A DNA stretch of 64,000 nucleotides from a virus (Duplodnaviria > Heunggongvirae > Uroviricota > Caudoviricetes). The stretch lies in IMG/VR virus record IMGVR_UViG_3300028584_001242; one strand, given 5' to 3'. The notes under the pieces were generated by a model that worked only from the letters and a program-made list of their open reading frames with translations, was not told the DNA's origin and did no database searches. A program made the position numbers and the translations under genes. This document shows, in pieces, positions 37,325 through 47,033 of this stretch (its first letter is position 1; every line of letters starts with the position of its first letter).

Positions 37325-37585
37325 TTACTTAAAAATCAAAAAATCCAAAGCGTGTGGATGATTTGACAGGTAAACAAAGGCGAAAAAACCAAAAGGGACA
37401 AGCGAAAATCCAACAATAAATAAACGAAGCCCCCATATAAAGCCTTGTGCCAAATAATCTTCTTTGTTCTCTTCTGCATCAGGCCGCATAACTTTTACAC
37501 CAAGATTATGGACAACAATCAGAAGGACAACGAACAAAACACACCCTGTAAGGCCCGCAACATCACCTATGGTCATTTGATACAT
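37325..37585 (-). CDS. two-TM membrane protein
   Basis: Two hydrophobic helices. Confidence 0.7.
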   Translation of the reverse strand: MYQMTIGDVAGLTGCVLFVVLLIVVHNLGVKVMRPDAEENKEDYLAQGFIWGLRLFIVGFSLVPFGFFAFVYLSNHPHALDFLIFK

Positions 37586-37608
37586 ATTGTTAAACCTCAG
37601 TGAAAAGA

Positions 37609-38112
37609 TTAAAGACCCAGACTGGTCAGAATGAATTGTTCCCGGTTTTGCAGGAATTCGCGTTGTGGGACTTTACCAGTGATTGCCTCACGACCACCTG
37701 CTTTGATTTTTTCAATTCGAGCTTGAAGGCTGCGAATTTGAGCTTCCAATGAAGCAATTTCTTTGTCATCGTCTTCTTTGGCTTTTGCAAAAGCTTCGGC
37801 AATTTTCTTTTTGACAAAGGAAACCACCCGATCATGGTCATGAACGAAGTGATAGAGGTGATTATCAATGGTGTAGGTGTAATCGCGGCAACTGCCATCT
37901 TTTTGGTTAAAGATAAAACGATCATTGTGGGCGTCATAATTCATAGGTTTTGTCACATCATATTTAGTGACAGAAAAGTGTTCAGCCGTCGCACTGGTGA
38001 CTGTTTTTACAAAACTGTTTTCAAATTGAGAGAAATGGAAGGAATTGTTCCACAAAGACAGTTGGGAAAGGTCAATCACCTTATCACCGACATTGTATCT
38101 GAATTCTGACAT
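37609..38112 (-). CDS. hypothetical protein with coiled coil
   Basis: AGGAG RBS. Confidence 0.75.
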   Translation of the reverse strand: MSEFRYNVGDKVIDLSQLSLWNNSFHFSQFENSFVKTVTSATAEHFSVTKYDVTKPMNYDAHNDRFIFNQKDGSCRDYTYTIDNHLYHFVHDHDRVVSFVKKKIAEAFAKAKEDDDKEIASLEAQIRSLQARIEKIKAGGREAITGKVPQREFLQNREQFILTSLGL

Positions 38113-38218
38113 GTCCACACTCCTATTCGTTTATGAAGGTATTATACAACAAAACGAATGTTTTATCAAATAAAAGACAAAAAAAATAGGCAGAAGCCTA
38201 CTTTTTTAAACGGTCGAT

Positions 38219-38440
38219 TTAAGAAAGAAAACCACGATCTCGAAGCTGTGAAGCAATTTCAGCGTGAGCATAAGAGGTTTGCTCATCCATGTCATTACCC
38301 GCCAGAGCAGCGTGCTCGATAATATCGCCATCGAGTGATTCAAAGAGATTGTTCAACTCGTCTTCCGTAATAAGAGAGACACCATGACTAGCCAGAACCA
38401 AAGCTACGTCATCAACGCTGATGCAAAATGCCATACCCAT
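38219..38440 (-). CDS. small acidic hypothetical protein
   Basis: cUUCGg-type terminator downstream. Confidence 0.65.
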   Translation of the reverse strand: MGMAFCISVDDVALVLASHGVSLITEDELNNLFESLDGDIIEHAALAGNDMDEQTSYAHAEIASQLRDRGFLS

Positions 38441-38509
38441 AATTATCGCTCCCATTATTAAATATTGAAGCCATTATAACAGACATTAAACATTTTGTCT
38501 AGAAAAACT

Positions 38510-38725
38510 TCATTTTGATCGGCGGTAATTTTTTCCGTAAGGCTTGTCAAACTGCTGATAATATAAACGGTTGTCGGCCTTAATCGGTTCAACATAATTG
38601 ACAAAACCATTATGGTCAACAAGAAAATCGCCAGAAATGAAAGGAATGTTAGAATTTAGCAGCATAACACGGCCTAGAATACCTCGACCACGGCCACCAA
38701 TAACGATAATATCTTTGCCATACAT
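38510..38725 (-). CDS. small basic protein (tandem paralog of 38746..38979)
   Basis: YG--I-V-G...GD-LVD...PYGK-YR-S shared. Confidence 0.7.
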   Translation of the reverse strand: MYGKDIIVIGGRGRGILGRVMLLNSNIPFISGDFLVDHNGFVNYVEPIKADNRLYYQQFDKPYGKNYRRSK

Positions 38726-38745
38726 GAAATAAGCTCTCCTACTGA

Positions 38746-38979
38746 TTAATGCGTTTTACCAAGAAACGACTTGCGATATTTTTTACCGTAAGGTCGATTA
38801 ATGAAGGGCTGAATAGCTTTATCGTGCTTGAATTCGTCAGGAATAAAATTATCAACGAGTAAATCACCAGTAATCAAAAGAATAGGTGACAAACGACGAA
38901 CAAACATACCAACGCCTGAGCGACCATTGCTGATCCCATAAACGAGAATGTTATGACCATAATTAGAATGGCTTCGCAT
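38746..38979 (-). CDS. small basic protein (tandem paralog of 38510..38725)
   Basis: See neighbour; AGGAG RBS. Confidence 0.7.
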   Translation of the reverse strand: MRSHSNYGHNILVYGISNGRSGVGMFVRRLSPILLITGDLLVDNFIPDEFKHDKAIQPFINRPYGKKYRKSFLGKTH

Positions 38980-39105
38980 GATGAGTGAACTCCTATTAAG
39001 AACCTAGATTATACATGAACAGCGGACAATATTCAATAAATTAAGGACACAAAAAAGCCCCTAATGACCGAAATCAAAAGAGGCTGAGAGTGTTGCTAAG
39101 CAGGA

Positions 39106-39603
39106 TTAGGAGTCTGTTTCACGGGTTGAGTCGTAGAACATATGACTTCCGATAGAGTTTACATGCGTCATGTTCTTAGACCAACTAGGGGCTTCGATAG
39201 ACGTGTTAAAGAAATGGTCAGCACCTTTGGCGTAATCTGGATATTTTTTATCCAATAAGCCTTGGGCGATAACTTTCAACTTGTCATTTTTGATTTGCTT
39301 CGGCTTCCCGTTAAGAAGCTCACAGACATATGAAAACTGACAAATGATCTTGTTTTTGATAGTCACTTTTTTATCGACAACGGCGACAATAGTATCACCA
39401 GCCCGAGCAGTTCGGTTAAGAACTACCTGACCAACAGCAATGATACCTTCTTTGGTTTCACCCCGAGCTTCAAAGTAAAGAACCTCGGCCAACTTCAAGC
39501 ATTCATCATTCGATTCGCAACGGCTAACAGCCTCTTTTTCAGCAGCGAAAACAGTAGAGGCACTAAGGGCCAGTAGAATTGTAAGGTTTTTCAAAAGCAT
39601 CAT
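39106..39603 (-). CDS. cell wall hydrolase, SleB family
   Basis: Signal peptide; CL-LAEVLYFEARGE, VVLNR, CQFS, GADHF and IGSHMFY. Confidence 0.88.
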   Translation of the reverse strand: MMLLKNLTILLALSASTVFAAEKEAVSRCESNDECLKLAEVLYFEARGETKEGIIAVGQVVLNRTARAGDTIVAVVDKKVTIKNKIICQFSYVCELLNGKPKQIKNDKLKVIAQGLLDKKYPDYAKGADHFFNTSIEAPSWSKNMTHVNSIGSHMFYDSTRETDS

Positions 39604-39711
39604 AACTTACTATCTCCTTCAAAGTGCCGATATTATAATGCTATGGACTTTGCAGGTCAACCCAATATAAAGAACGAAAAAACATATAAAACTTGTTTTT
39701 AATAGCCAAAG

Positions 39712-40335
39712 TTATGGTTTGAAGTAACCCCATTGGAATGAGTCGTGAATGCCTGAAAATGAGACGTACCCAACATCCAAAAAGTCACCTTTAAAATGAG
39801 AATCAAACAATTCGTCTGCACAACAACCACCAATCTCACCACCCACCAGAATAGGCTTTTCAGTGCCCCACGCCTTGATGATCTCAAAAGCTGCACTGGT
39901 CATAGGAGGCCAGCAGAGAATAAGAACGTCCATCTGGTCATAATACTGACGCACAGCGTCTAAACCTGACATCTTTAATACTTCAAGGTCATTCAGTGAC
40001 CAAGAATTGTCATCAGTTGCCAAAACAAACACACCGGCTTTGTTCAAATGATGAGCCAAACGACCACGACCGGCCATGACTTCAAGGCAACGTTTGCCTT
40101 TCAGAAGATCGGCAAGATTTTCAACCAGTGTTTTTGTAATGAGTGCATAAATGCCAGCTTTTTGACATTCATGATGAAAGAAAGAGTTTTGATGAAAGCA
40201 ATAGCTGAAATCATCTGCCATAATGTGATGATCAACAATTGTTAAATCGACAAGTTTGTTTGCCTTGATCGCTTCCAAGTAATCAATGTAAGGCTGATGA
40301 ACAAGTTTCAACACGCTATCATCAAACATTGTCAT
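39712..40335 (-). CDS. class I SAM-dependent methyltransferase-like protein
   Basis: LEVMAGRG motif I, ATD motif II, LILCWPP. Confidence 0.65.
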   Translation of the reverse strand: MTMFDDSVLKLVHQPYIDYLEAIKANKLVDLTIVDHHIMADDFSYCFHQNSFFHHECQKAGIYALITKTLVENLADLLKGKRCLEVMAGRGRLAHHLNKAGVFVLATDDNSWSLNDLEVLKMSGLDAVRQYYDQMDVLILCWPPMTSAAFEIIKAWGTEKPILVGGEIGGCCADELFDSHFKGDFLDVGYVSFSGIHDSFQWGYFKP

Positions 40336-40436
40336 GACGCCTAGTAATTTCAATGATCCATTATAGCATAATTGAAACAAAAAAAACCTAAATTTCTCAA
40401 TTTAGGCTTCTTAAACAATGGCGAGAAATATGATTT

Positions 40437-40661
40437 TTAATACAAATCGCTGATTTTGTCAATCATCCGAAGCTTTTGTTCATCAGAAAGCGTATCATCG
40501 GCCATAACAAGATTTTTCAGTGTCAAAAATGTTGGTGGTTCTTTGGCACTTGCTCGCTTCGGTGGTGCTGCTGGAGCTGCAGGTCGGGCCGCAGGAATGT
40601 GATCGTTATCACCATGTCTTTTAAACATTTCTGGCATGGGTTGTGGGGCTTTTGCTGTCAT
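40437..40661 (-). CDS. small Pro/Ala-rich protein
   Basis: GGAG RBS. Confidence 0.65.
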   Translation of the reverse strand: MTAKAPQPMPEMFKRHGDNDHIPAARPAAPAAPPKRASAKEPPTFLTLKNLVMADDTLSDEQKLRMIDKISDLY

Positions 40662-40682
40662 AATAATGTCTCCAATTTTTTA

Positions 40683-41165
40683 TTAACCGTTGTTTGCGAC
40701 AAATTCATTTTTTTCACGATACAGCATATTTTCTTGCAAATACTGAGTCGCAATCTCGACCACTTGGCTCAACGTGATGATTTTAGCAGTAAAATCAATG
40801 CGTGTATACCAGTCAGAAGAATACGAATGGTGACATTCAGACATGGCCGACTTAACAAGGTTCGCAATAGCTGCCACATGTCGTTTTTTCAAAAACGGGA
40901 CAACAAGGCCCACATAAAAGCGAACTGTTCTATCAAATTCTTCTGCATAAAACTTATTGTCATGGGTCAAGACATCGGAATTAGACCAAGAAGACTGAAA
41001 ATGATTAGACACTTCATAAACATAAGCCAACCGGCCATGTTTGTCTATTTCTGCATAAGTTTCGGCCCCGCCACAACCTTTATATTTTGAAAAAACATGA
41101 GTTGCGAACGCCATGAATGCTTTATTGATAGCAATTTGATTAGTGTTGACCCAATACTTTTTCAT
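40683..41165 (-). CDS. hypothetical protein
   Basis: Start MKKYWV. Confidence 0.7.
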   Translation of the reverse strand: MKKYWVNTNQIAINKAFMAFATHVFSKYKGCGGAETYAEIDKHGRLAYVYEVSNHFQSSWSNSDVLTHDNKFYAEEFDRTVRFYVGLVVPFLKKRHVAAIANLVKSAMSECHHSYSSDWYTRIDFTAKIITLSQVVEIATQYLQENMLYREKNEFVANNG

Positions 41166-41285
41166 GATAAAAGTCTCTGTAATTGAATAACTATTATACA
41201 ACAAAAAGAATACAAATACTATATTTCTTTGAAATAAAAAAACCTAAATTTCGCAATTTAGGCTTATTTGTGATACCGCTGAGAC

Positions 41286-41405
41286 TTATCGTTTTACTGG
41301 GGCTTTATCGTTTCGAGCAAAGAACATGTGGTATCCGATGTAAGCTGGAAAGATGAATGGAAGGCACGTTGCTGAAACAACCAGTGAAACAAGTTCATTT
41401 TTCAT
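41286..41405 (-). CDS. small membrane peptide (39 aa)
   Basis: MKNELVSLVVSATCLPFIFPAYIGYHMFFARNDKAPVKR; GAGGA RBS. Confidence 0.5.
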   Translation of the reverse strand: MKNELVSLVVSATCLPFIFPAYIGYHMFFARNDKAPVKR

Positions 41406-41472
41406 GATTTGAATCCTCTTGGGTTATATTCATAGTTTACACAACAACCAACTTACATACAATTACCGCCTG

Positions 41473-41736
41473 TCAGCGAAACAGTTTTTTCAGGCTGCGA
41501 TTGATATTATTATTCAACTTCTTGTCCAGCTCACGGAAAGACTGCCGAACTTGCTTTTTAGGCAGGTTCTCGTAATAACGGACTTTCGATTTTGCCTGAC
41601 TGGTGGTCGAACGATACATCGGGGAAGAAACATCCCAACCACGACTGCCATTGTATTTAATCCGAACCGGGTCACTAGCAGCCGAAGCCAATGTAGTGAA
41701 CAAGCAAAGAACAATGGCGATAATGAATTTGTTCAT
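41473..41736 (-). CDS. secreted basic protein
   Basis: Signal MNKFIIAIVLCLFTTLASA. Confidence 0.7.
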   Translation of the reverse strand: MNKFIIAIVLCLFTTLASAASDPVRIKYNGSRGWDVSSPMYRSTTSQAKSKVRYYENLPKKQVRQSFRELDKKLNNNINRSLKKLFR

Positions 41737-41843
41737 GTGAAACCCCTTTTCTCTTGATGGGGTAATTATACCATTCTGAACGATTACCTGCAATGGATTT
41801 ATTCAAAAATCACATTTTAATTTGCTTATGGACGGACGGTTTA

Positions 41844-42305
41844 TTACTTTTTAAGACTGAAATAGGTGTTGGTATAGTTCAAGAAAGACCAAATCAATCC
41901 GCAGACAAACATAAATGCAATAATAAATTGAATCAATGCTATAAACGAATAGATGTTGTAGGTACCAGTTTGAAGTTTATCACTACGAGAGAACAAATAA
42001 ACGTCACCAGCCTTTGCATGGAAATGCGTGCGTTCAGCCACAGAAATTGTTTTATTGGCTTTTATATCTGGAAAGTAAAAAGTAGCGTAGTAGCGATATT
42101 CCACTTTTTGTTTATATTTATGTGGATAAGCCACAGGATCATGAACAACCAGAGTCGCCGGAACTTCAGTAGAATACCAACTCATGAAAGAGTATCCAAT
42201 CGGAGATGTCACGACCACAGCGAGCAGAATCGTCATAAACAAAACGTTCTGCCTGAAAATAGTTTTCAGCTCAGTGAAATAGGATTTCCAAAATGGCTTT
42301 TTCAT
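41844..42305 (-). CDS. two-TM membrane protein
   Basis: Hydrophobic helices at both ends. Confidence 0.7.
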   Translation of the reverse strand: MKKPFWKSYFTELKTIFRQNVLFMTILLAVVVTSPIGYSFMSWYSTEVPATLVVHDPVAYPHKYKQKVEYRYYATFYFPDIKANKTISVAERTHFHAKAGDVYLFSRSDKLQTGTYNIYSFIALIQFIIAFMFVCGLIWSFLNYTNTYFSLKK

Positions 42306-42394
42306 AAGAATAACCTCTTAATATAGAACGCAAGTATAACAAATAAACAAACAAAAAGAAAGGGCCGAAGCCCTTTTGTTATGTTTTAAAAAAG

Positions 42395-42796
42395 TTATTT
42401 CCTCATTAAGTCTCGCATCATCTTTTTACGTCGAGCCGTATGTGGATTGAACTTATTACCATGTTGCTTATGTAAAGCATACAATTTTATTTGTGCTTGC
42501 GTAGCTATTTTGGAATCAACGACTTGTTTAAGGGCACTCACTTCAAACTGAGAAAGTTCACGGACATTAAGAATGGTCATATTGTAGTCAAACATATCAC
42601 GAGGGCAAGAATAGGCTATTCCCCCAACTTCAAACCAGCATTCACCAGATTGGAGAAACCAACCATTCATATTGATCTTAGGTTCGATTTCAGTGTATGG
42701 CCCACGGCGGATCGTATCTGCAAACCCAAGTTTATGAGGGTACATCCAACTGGCAAGCTCTAAACGTTTGATGGTCATTAAAGTGATCTCGCTCAT
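42395..42796 (-). CDS. hypothetical protein
   Basis: Start MSEITLM, downstream of the GNAT gene. Confidence 0.7.
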   Translation of the reverse strand: MSEITLMTIKRLELASWMYPHKLGFADTIRRGPYTEIEPKINMNGWFLQSGECWFEVGGIAYSCPRDMFDYNMTILNVRELSQFEVSALKQVVDSKIATQAQIKLYALHKQHGNKFNPHTARRKKMMRDLMRK

Positions 42797-42810
42797 TGAT
42801 TGTAGCGTAA

Positions 42811-43185
42811 TTATACCATACGCTGATAAGAAACACCAACGCCATTTTTCCGCCAAAAAGACTTGCTGTGAACGGTGCCGGAAAGTGTTCTAACATCTTT
42901 ATCCATGTGCGGCTTAATGACTTCGGAACCAATACCTTTACGGCGGTAAGCTGCCCGCACAAAGCATTGAACCACTTTGTGATGCTTCAAAGCGATAGCA
43001 ATGGGTTTGTCACCATCATAAGCAAGGCTGATTTCAACCTCAACCGGATCGGTGTAGCCATTAACAACAGAGTTCAAATCACAAATCAAGTTCCAACCCG
43101 GAATGCACAAGCGATGAGTTTTTGCAATTTTGCAAAATTCGATGGTATCTGCTTTGTTTCCGGCTGTCTTGTAAGTAATATTCAT
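42811..43185 (-). CDS. GNAT family N-acetyltransferase
   Basis: FVRAAYRRKGIGS acetyl-CoA-binding motif A; FWRKNG motif B. Confidence 0.8.
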   Translation of the reverse strand: MNITYKTAGNKADTIEFCKIAKTHRLCIPGWNLICDLNSVVNGYTDPVEVEISLAYDGDKPIAIALKHHKVVQCFVRAAYRRKGIGSEVIKPHMDKDVRTLSGTVHSKSFWRKNGVGVSYQRMV

Positions 43186-43320
43186 GATAAATGACCTTTA
43201 GTAGTCTTTAATATGGGGATATTTTAACAAAATAAGCCATATAAAACAAGCTTAATCGGTAAAAAAACAAAAAAAAGCAGCCAAAGCTGCTTAATAATTT
43301 TGTTTGATTAACTGTGTAGT

Positions 43321-43581
43321 TTATGGAGTGATAATATCAATAACTTCCGAAAAGTGTTTCCAGTAAGCGAGGCATTCAGCCACAACTTGAAGACGTTCAA
43401 CACACATATCCAATGTTGCAGCCAACATCAGTTCACCATCGGCCAACCGAATTTCGGCGTAGTAGTAAAAATTAGTTGGGGCGTGCTTGGGAGCACTGTA
43501 TTTGATATTTTGGATGACGGCACCTTTGTACTGTTCAGCCCATTTCAATTCTGCTTCGGTGTATTTTTTAGAAAAAGACAT
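43321..43581 (-). CDS. hypothetical protein
   Basis: 86 aa ORF (track start). Confidence 0.65.
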   Translation of the reverse strand: MSFSKKYTEAELKWAEQYKGAVIQNIKYSAPKHAPTNFYYYAEIRLADGELMLAATLDMCVERLQVVAECLAYWKHFSEVIDIITP

Positions 43582-43656
43582 AGTTTTTATCTCTCTGTGA
43601 ATGTATAGATATTATACCAAGAAAAAGCTTTTTTTAAAAGGATAATCTATTAATTT

Positions 43657-44073
43657 TTAGGTATTTTTATTGTCGATAAACAGAAAAATACAAGCCAATT
43701 CCTGTTTAGGTTCAAACCCATACCAGTGTTCGTGGTCATTAAAATATTTGATATTATTTTTGTGTAAAAAGGCATGGTATTCACCAAAGTTAAATGTATA
43801 TTCAACACCAAGCTCTGGTTCAACACAATACTCTTTACCATCAAGTTTGTAGATGAAGAAAAAATCTTCCTTAGCGGCCACAAATTTAATTGTCCATTCG
43901 GTGTCAGTGTTACCATAACCAAATGGATCATCCTTGTGCGTCTCAACTTCTGACATGTAGGTGTATTCTACACCATCAATGGTGGCATGTTGAGTAAAAT
44001 TGCTAGGCGGAACACGATAGCTTTTGCAGTAAGATTCAACTGCTTCATAGAGTTCTTTGCTGAGTGTTTTCAT
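43657..44073 (-). CDS. possible 2OG-Fe(II) oxygenase / cupin-fold protein
   Basis: THKD (HxD), then beta-rich segment and distal YHAF. Confidence 0.4.
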   Translation of the reverse strand: MKTLSKELYEAVESYCKSYRVPPSNFTQHATIDGVEYTYMSEVETHKDDPFGYGNTDTEWTIKFVAAKEDFFFIYKLDGKEYCVEPELGVEYTFNFGEYHAFLHKNNIKYFNDHEHWYGFEPKQELACIFLFIDNKNT

Positions 44074-44215
44074 GTCAAAGTGACCACTGAATGAATATAG
44101 GACTATTTTACCAAAAAACAGTTTTTTTGACAATCTTTTTTTTCTAAATATCTATTAAGATTATATGTATTAAAGGTCTAAAATATGTTAATATTGCAAA
44201 AAAGAGGATTAACTT

Positions 44216-44827
44216 ATGAACAGACCTTATAAATTACTGAACGAAAAAATTGAAATCAATTATCCCTTTATGCAAGTGGGGTTTCGCCATTTTGAATTTG
44301 AAAAGTTCAAAGGTGATCGCGGTGAGTTGAATTTTATGATTGTTAAAAAGGCCGATGCTGTCTGCCTAACGCTGTATGATAAGGATAAAGATTCATTTCT
44401 GCTAATCCGTCAGTTCAGGCCGGGTGCTGCCATTAACGAATATGACACCAATCCATACCTGTGGAGTGTGGTAGCCGGTCATATTGACATCAAGAATGGT
44501 ATCAGGGAAACCCCTCGACAAACTGCAGCCAAAGAAGCCAAAGAAGAAGCGGGTGTGATTGTCAACGAAAGCAATCTCATCGATCTAGGTTCTGGCTATA
44601 CTAGTGCTGGATCATCGAGTGAGAAACACCATCACTTTTTGTGTGCGTTCAGTGCAGGTGACATTGACCAGTCAAAAGCCTACGGGATTGATGACGAAGA
44701 TATCGAAGTCGGCGTGTTTACCAGTGAAGAAGCCATGCACATGATTGAAATAGGTCAGATTGCTTGTAATGAGGCTATTCTGGGGATTAGGAGCACGTTG
44801 TTGTTGAAATATACCGGGAAGCTTTAA
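44216..44827 (+). CDS. NUDIX hydrolase, ADP-ribose pyrophosphatase-like (NudF/NudK type)
   Basis: LIRQFRPG; AGHID...ETP...AAKEAKEEAG Nudix box; SAGSSSE; DEDIEV. Confidence 0.88.
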   Translation: MNRPYKLLNEKIEINYPFMQVGFRHFEFEKFKGDRGELNFMIVKKADAVCLTLYDKDKDSFLLIRQFRPGAAINEYDTNPYLWSVVAGHIDIKNGIRETPRQTAAKEAKEEAGVIVNESNLIDLGSGYTSAGSSSEKHHHFLCAFSAGDIDQSKAYGIDDEDIEVGVFTSEEAMHMIEIGQIACNEAILGIRSTLLLKYTGKL

Positions 44828-44856
44828 TCGCTTCGGAAATGAAAGAATAAAAGCCC

Positions 44857-45534
44857 TCAAAGGGCTTTTTTATTGTCTGCAAGTTGTGGAGTGATTGGAT
44901 TATTTTTATAAGCTAACACACTGGTGCAGTTTGCTTCTGGGCAATCACCTTCTTTAACAACTGATTCATCCTTGTCAGATATATTGTAAATGGAAACATT
45001 ATCAAATGTATTTGATAAATAAAGAATAAAAGGGTTCATATCAGGGTATCTCTTTTTCTGTCTTTTAATTAAACTAATTTCTTGTTTTTTAAATAGGTCA
45101 AAAGCGACACCTGAACCCCAATCATTATAAACTGTTGTATTAAAGTTAAATATAGAACTGTTGTTTTTTGTGTACATATAAAAAGAATCAAACTTGGAAT
45201 CTTTATAATAAATTCTTAAATAAGTGTTAGGTGGATATTTTTGTAAGTCAATACGATTACATATGGAATTAACACAATCTATTTTACTAAACAAATCTTT
45301 TTGAAAAGGTGTTATTTCATTATAGTTTAAAGTGATAACTTCTTTTTCTGATGGTAAAGCGTTTAAATTGTTGGCAAAACTTATAATGTCCATAAAATCA
45401 GGATCAAATCTTTTAGTTATCGAAGTATAGTACGTCAATCCAGCAAAAACGGCTATTATCATGCAAGCAATCACCATAATCGGTTCAAGCAAAGAAACCC
45501 CACCAGACATATATTTTATTTTTTTTATGTTCAT
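44857..45534 (-). CDS. type IV pilin-like protein
   Basis: Basic leader, G|VSLLE class III signal with Glu+5, hydrophobic helix. Confidence 0.65.
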   Translation of the reverse strand: MNIKKIKYMSGGVSLLEPIMVIACMIIAVFAGLTYYTSITKRFDPDFMDIISFANNLNALPSEKEVITLNYNEITPFQKDLFSKIDCVNSICNRIDLQKYPPNTYLRIYYKDSKFDSFYMYTKNNSSIFNFNTTVYNDWGSGVAFDLFKKQEISLIKRQKKRYPDMNPFILYLSNTFDNVSIYNISDKDESVVKEGDCPEANCTSVLAYKNNPITPQLADNKKAL

Positions 45535-45694
45535 CGCTATACCTTAGTTATTGTGAAGTGCTAACTTCATTAAAAACAATAACAAATAATATAAAAAAAG
45601 CAAATAAAAAACCTCCAATAAGGAGGTTTAATGAATAAATTTAACAATGGTTGAATTAATCAGCAAGAATGCAGCTTTTTAGTAAAATGAACAA

Positions 45695-46072
45695 TTATGA
45701 AACTTTAACATCTGACATAATACTTTTGCAACTCAACTCATCATCAAAAACAGGAACAAATTTCAATTTGCCGGTGAATGTTTTAACTTCTGTCATACGA
45801 TAAAAGAGTGTCGCTCGTTTTTTAATAGGTTCAGACTGGCAACGAAACATGCCATCAATACGTTTGTCGTAAATACTAACAAAAAAACTACTCATCTGTT
45901 CGCTGATTCGAATGTCGGCTTCGATGGACATCAGCTCCGATTTCTTCCCGGTAGGATGATAACCATTGACGATTGATTGATAAACAATAAAGATAACAAA
46001 AACAGCAAAAAAACCAAGAAACCATTTGGCAACTTTAGCGTTTTGCTGATCTTCATATTCTGCAATAGTCAT
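45695..46072 (-). CDS. membrane-anchored hypothetical protein
   Basis: Single N-terminal TM helix. Confidence 0.7.
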   Translation of the reverse strand: MTIAEYEDQQNAKVAKWFLGFFAVFVIFIVYQSIVNGYHPTGKKSELMSIEADIRISEQMSSFFVSIYDKRIDGMFRCQSEPIKKRATLFYRMTEVKTFTGKLKFVPVFDDELSCKSIMSDVKVS

Positions 46073-46081
46073 ACAAATTCC

Positions 46082-46450
46082 TTAAATGGTAATTGTGCCA
46101 ATAACTGGGTATTCTGCAACAGGAGCACTTTCATACTCTTCGCCACACATCGAAATCAAGAACAACCCATTTTTGTGAGAGCAATCAACAATGAACGGCT
46201 GATTTTTGTAAACGATTACCGAACGTGGCAATGGAGAGAAAGAAAAGACAATATCTTTTGGGTTGAAATCGGAATCTTTTGCTGCCAAATCGAGGCGAAT
46301 GGCATTAACCTTCGCTTCAATGAATGCTGATTCTTGGCTGGATGAAACGGTGGCCTCAACGATTTTCTTCAAATCGCTCGAAATATCATTAACCATAACA
46401 CCACAAGCGTTCAACTGGATTTTGACGGTTTCTGCATTCAAAGTTTTCAT
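46082..46450 (-). CDS. hypothetical protein
   Basis: 122 aa ORF. Confidence 0.75.
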   Translation of the reverse strand: MKTLNAETVKIQLNACGVMVNDISSDLKKIVEATVSSSQESAFIEAKVNAIRLDLAAKDSDFNPKDIVFSFSPLPRSVIVYKNQPFIVDCSHKNGLFLISMCGEEYESAPVAEYPVIGTITI

Positions 46451-46506
46451 CGGGCTTATCCTCGTTTTGATAAGTCATTATACCACTGTGAACAATCAAA
46501 AACAAC

Positions 46507-46532
46507 AAAAAAGGGGCCGAAGCCCCTTTTTT
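46507..46532 (-). terminator. cUUCGg terminator, potentially bidirectional
   Basis: A-tract GGGGC-CGAA-GCCCC T-tract. Confidence 0.85.
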
Positions 46533-46543
46533 ATTTGAAATTA

Positions 46544-46960
46544 TTAAGCTGTTACTGCATTTTTCCAAGCCCAATCTTCTGGCGTCAATTCACGAAGTCC
46601 GTGTTTTGCCCGAGCCTTATCACACCGTTCATTCTTTTCACCATCTTCATACGAAGCTGGAAACCCATCACGACAAGTGGAAGAACGAGTTGCGTAACCA
46701 CCACAAAACGCATCAACACCGATAGTGCCAGTTAGATTAACGCAGTAAGGGGATGTGGAGCTGTCAGTGCCCTTCATGGCGACATGGTGCGGGCTGACTT
46801 GAACAACGGTGTCATCAGGAACAGTGCCGCCACCAGATACACATTCCTTCCAGTAAAAGGAGGCACGAAAGTAAGCACAGCAAGCACCACAACCGACGCA
46901 AGGATTGTTTTCTTGCCCTTCTGGAACTTTGATTTTGTCGCTAACGATAATCGCAGTCAT
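46544..46960 (-). CDS. YkgJ family cysteine-cluster (Zn/Fe) protein
   Basis: NPCVGCGACCAYFRASFYW...C..L.G...C..Y..RSSTCR...C.KARAKHGL. Confidence 0.88.
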   Translation of the reverse strand: MTAIIVSDKIKVPEGQENNPCVGCGACCAYFRASFYWKECVSGGGTVPDDTVVQVSPHHVAMKGTDSSTSPYCVNLTGTIGVDAFCGGYATRSSTCRDGFPASYEDGEKNERCDKARAKHGLRELTPEDWAWKNAVTA

Positions 46961-47033
46961 GTTGGATCTCTATTGGTTTTTAGTGAATTTATTATAGCAA
47001 AAAAGACTTTTTTCGTCAACGTTTTCATGCGTG

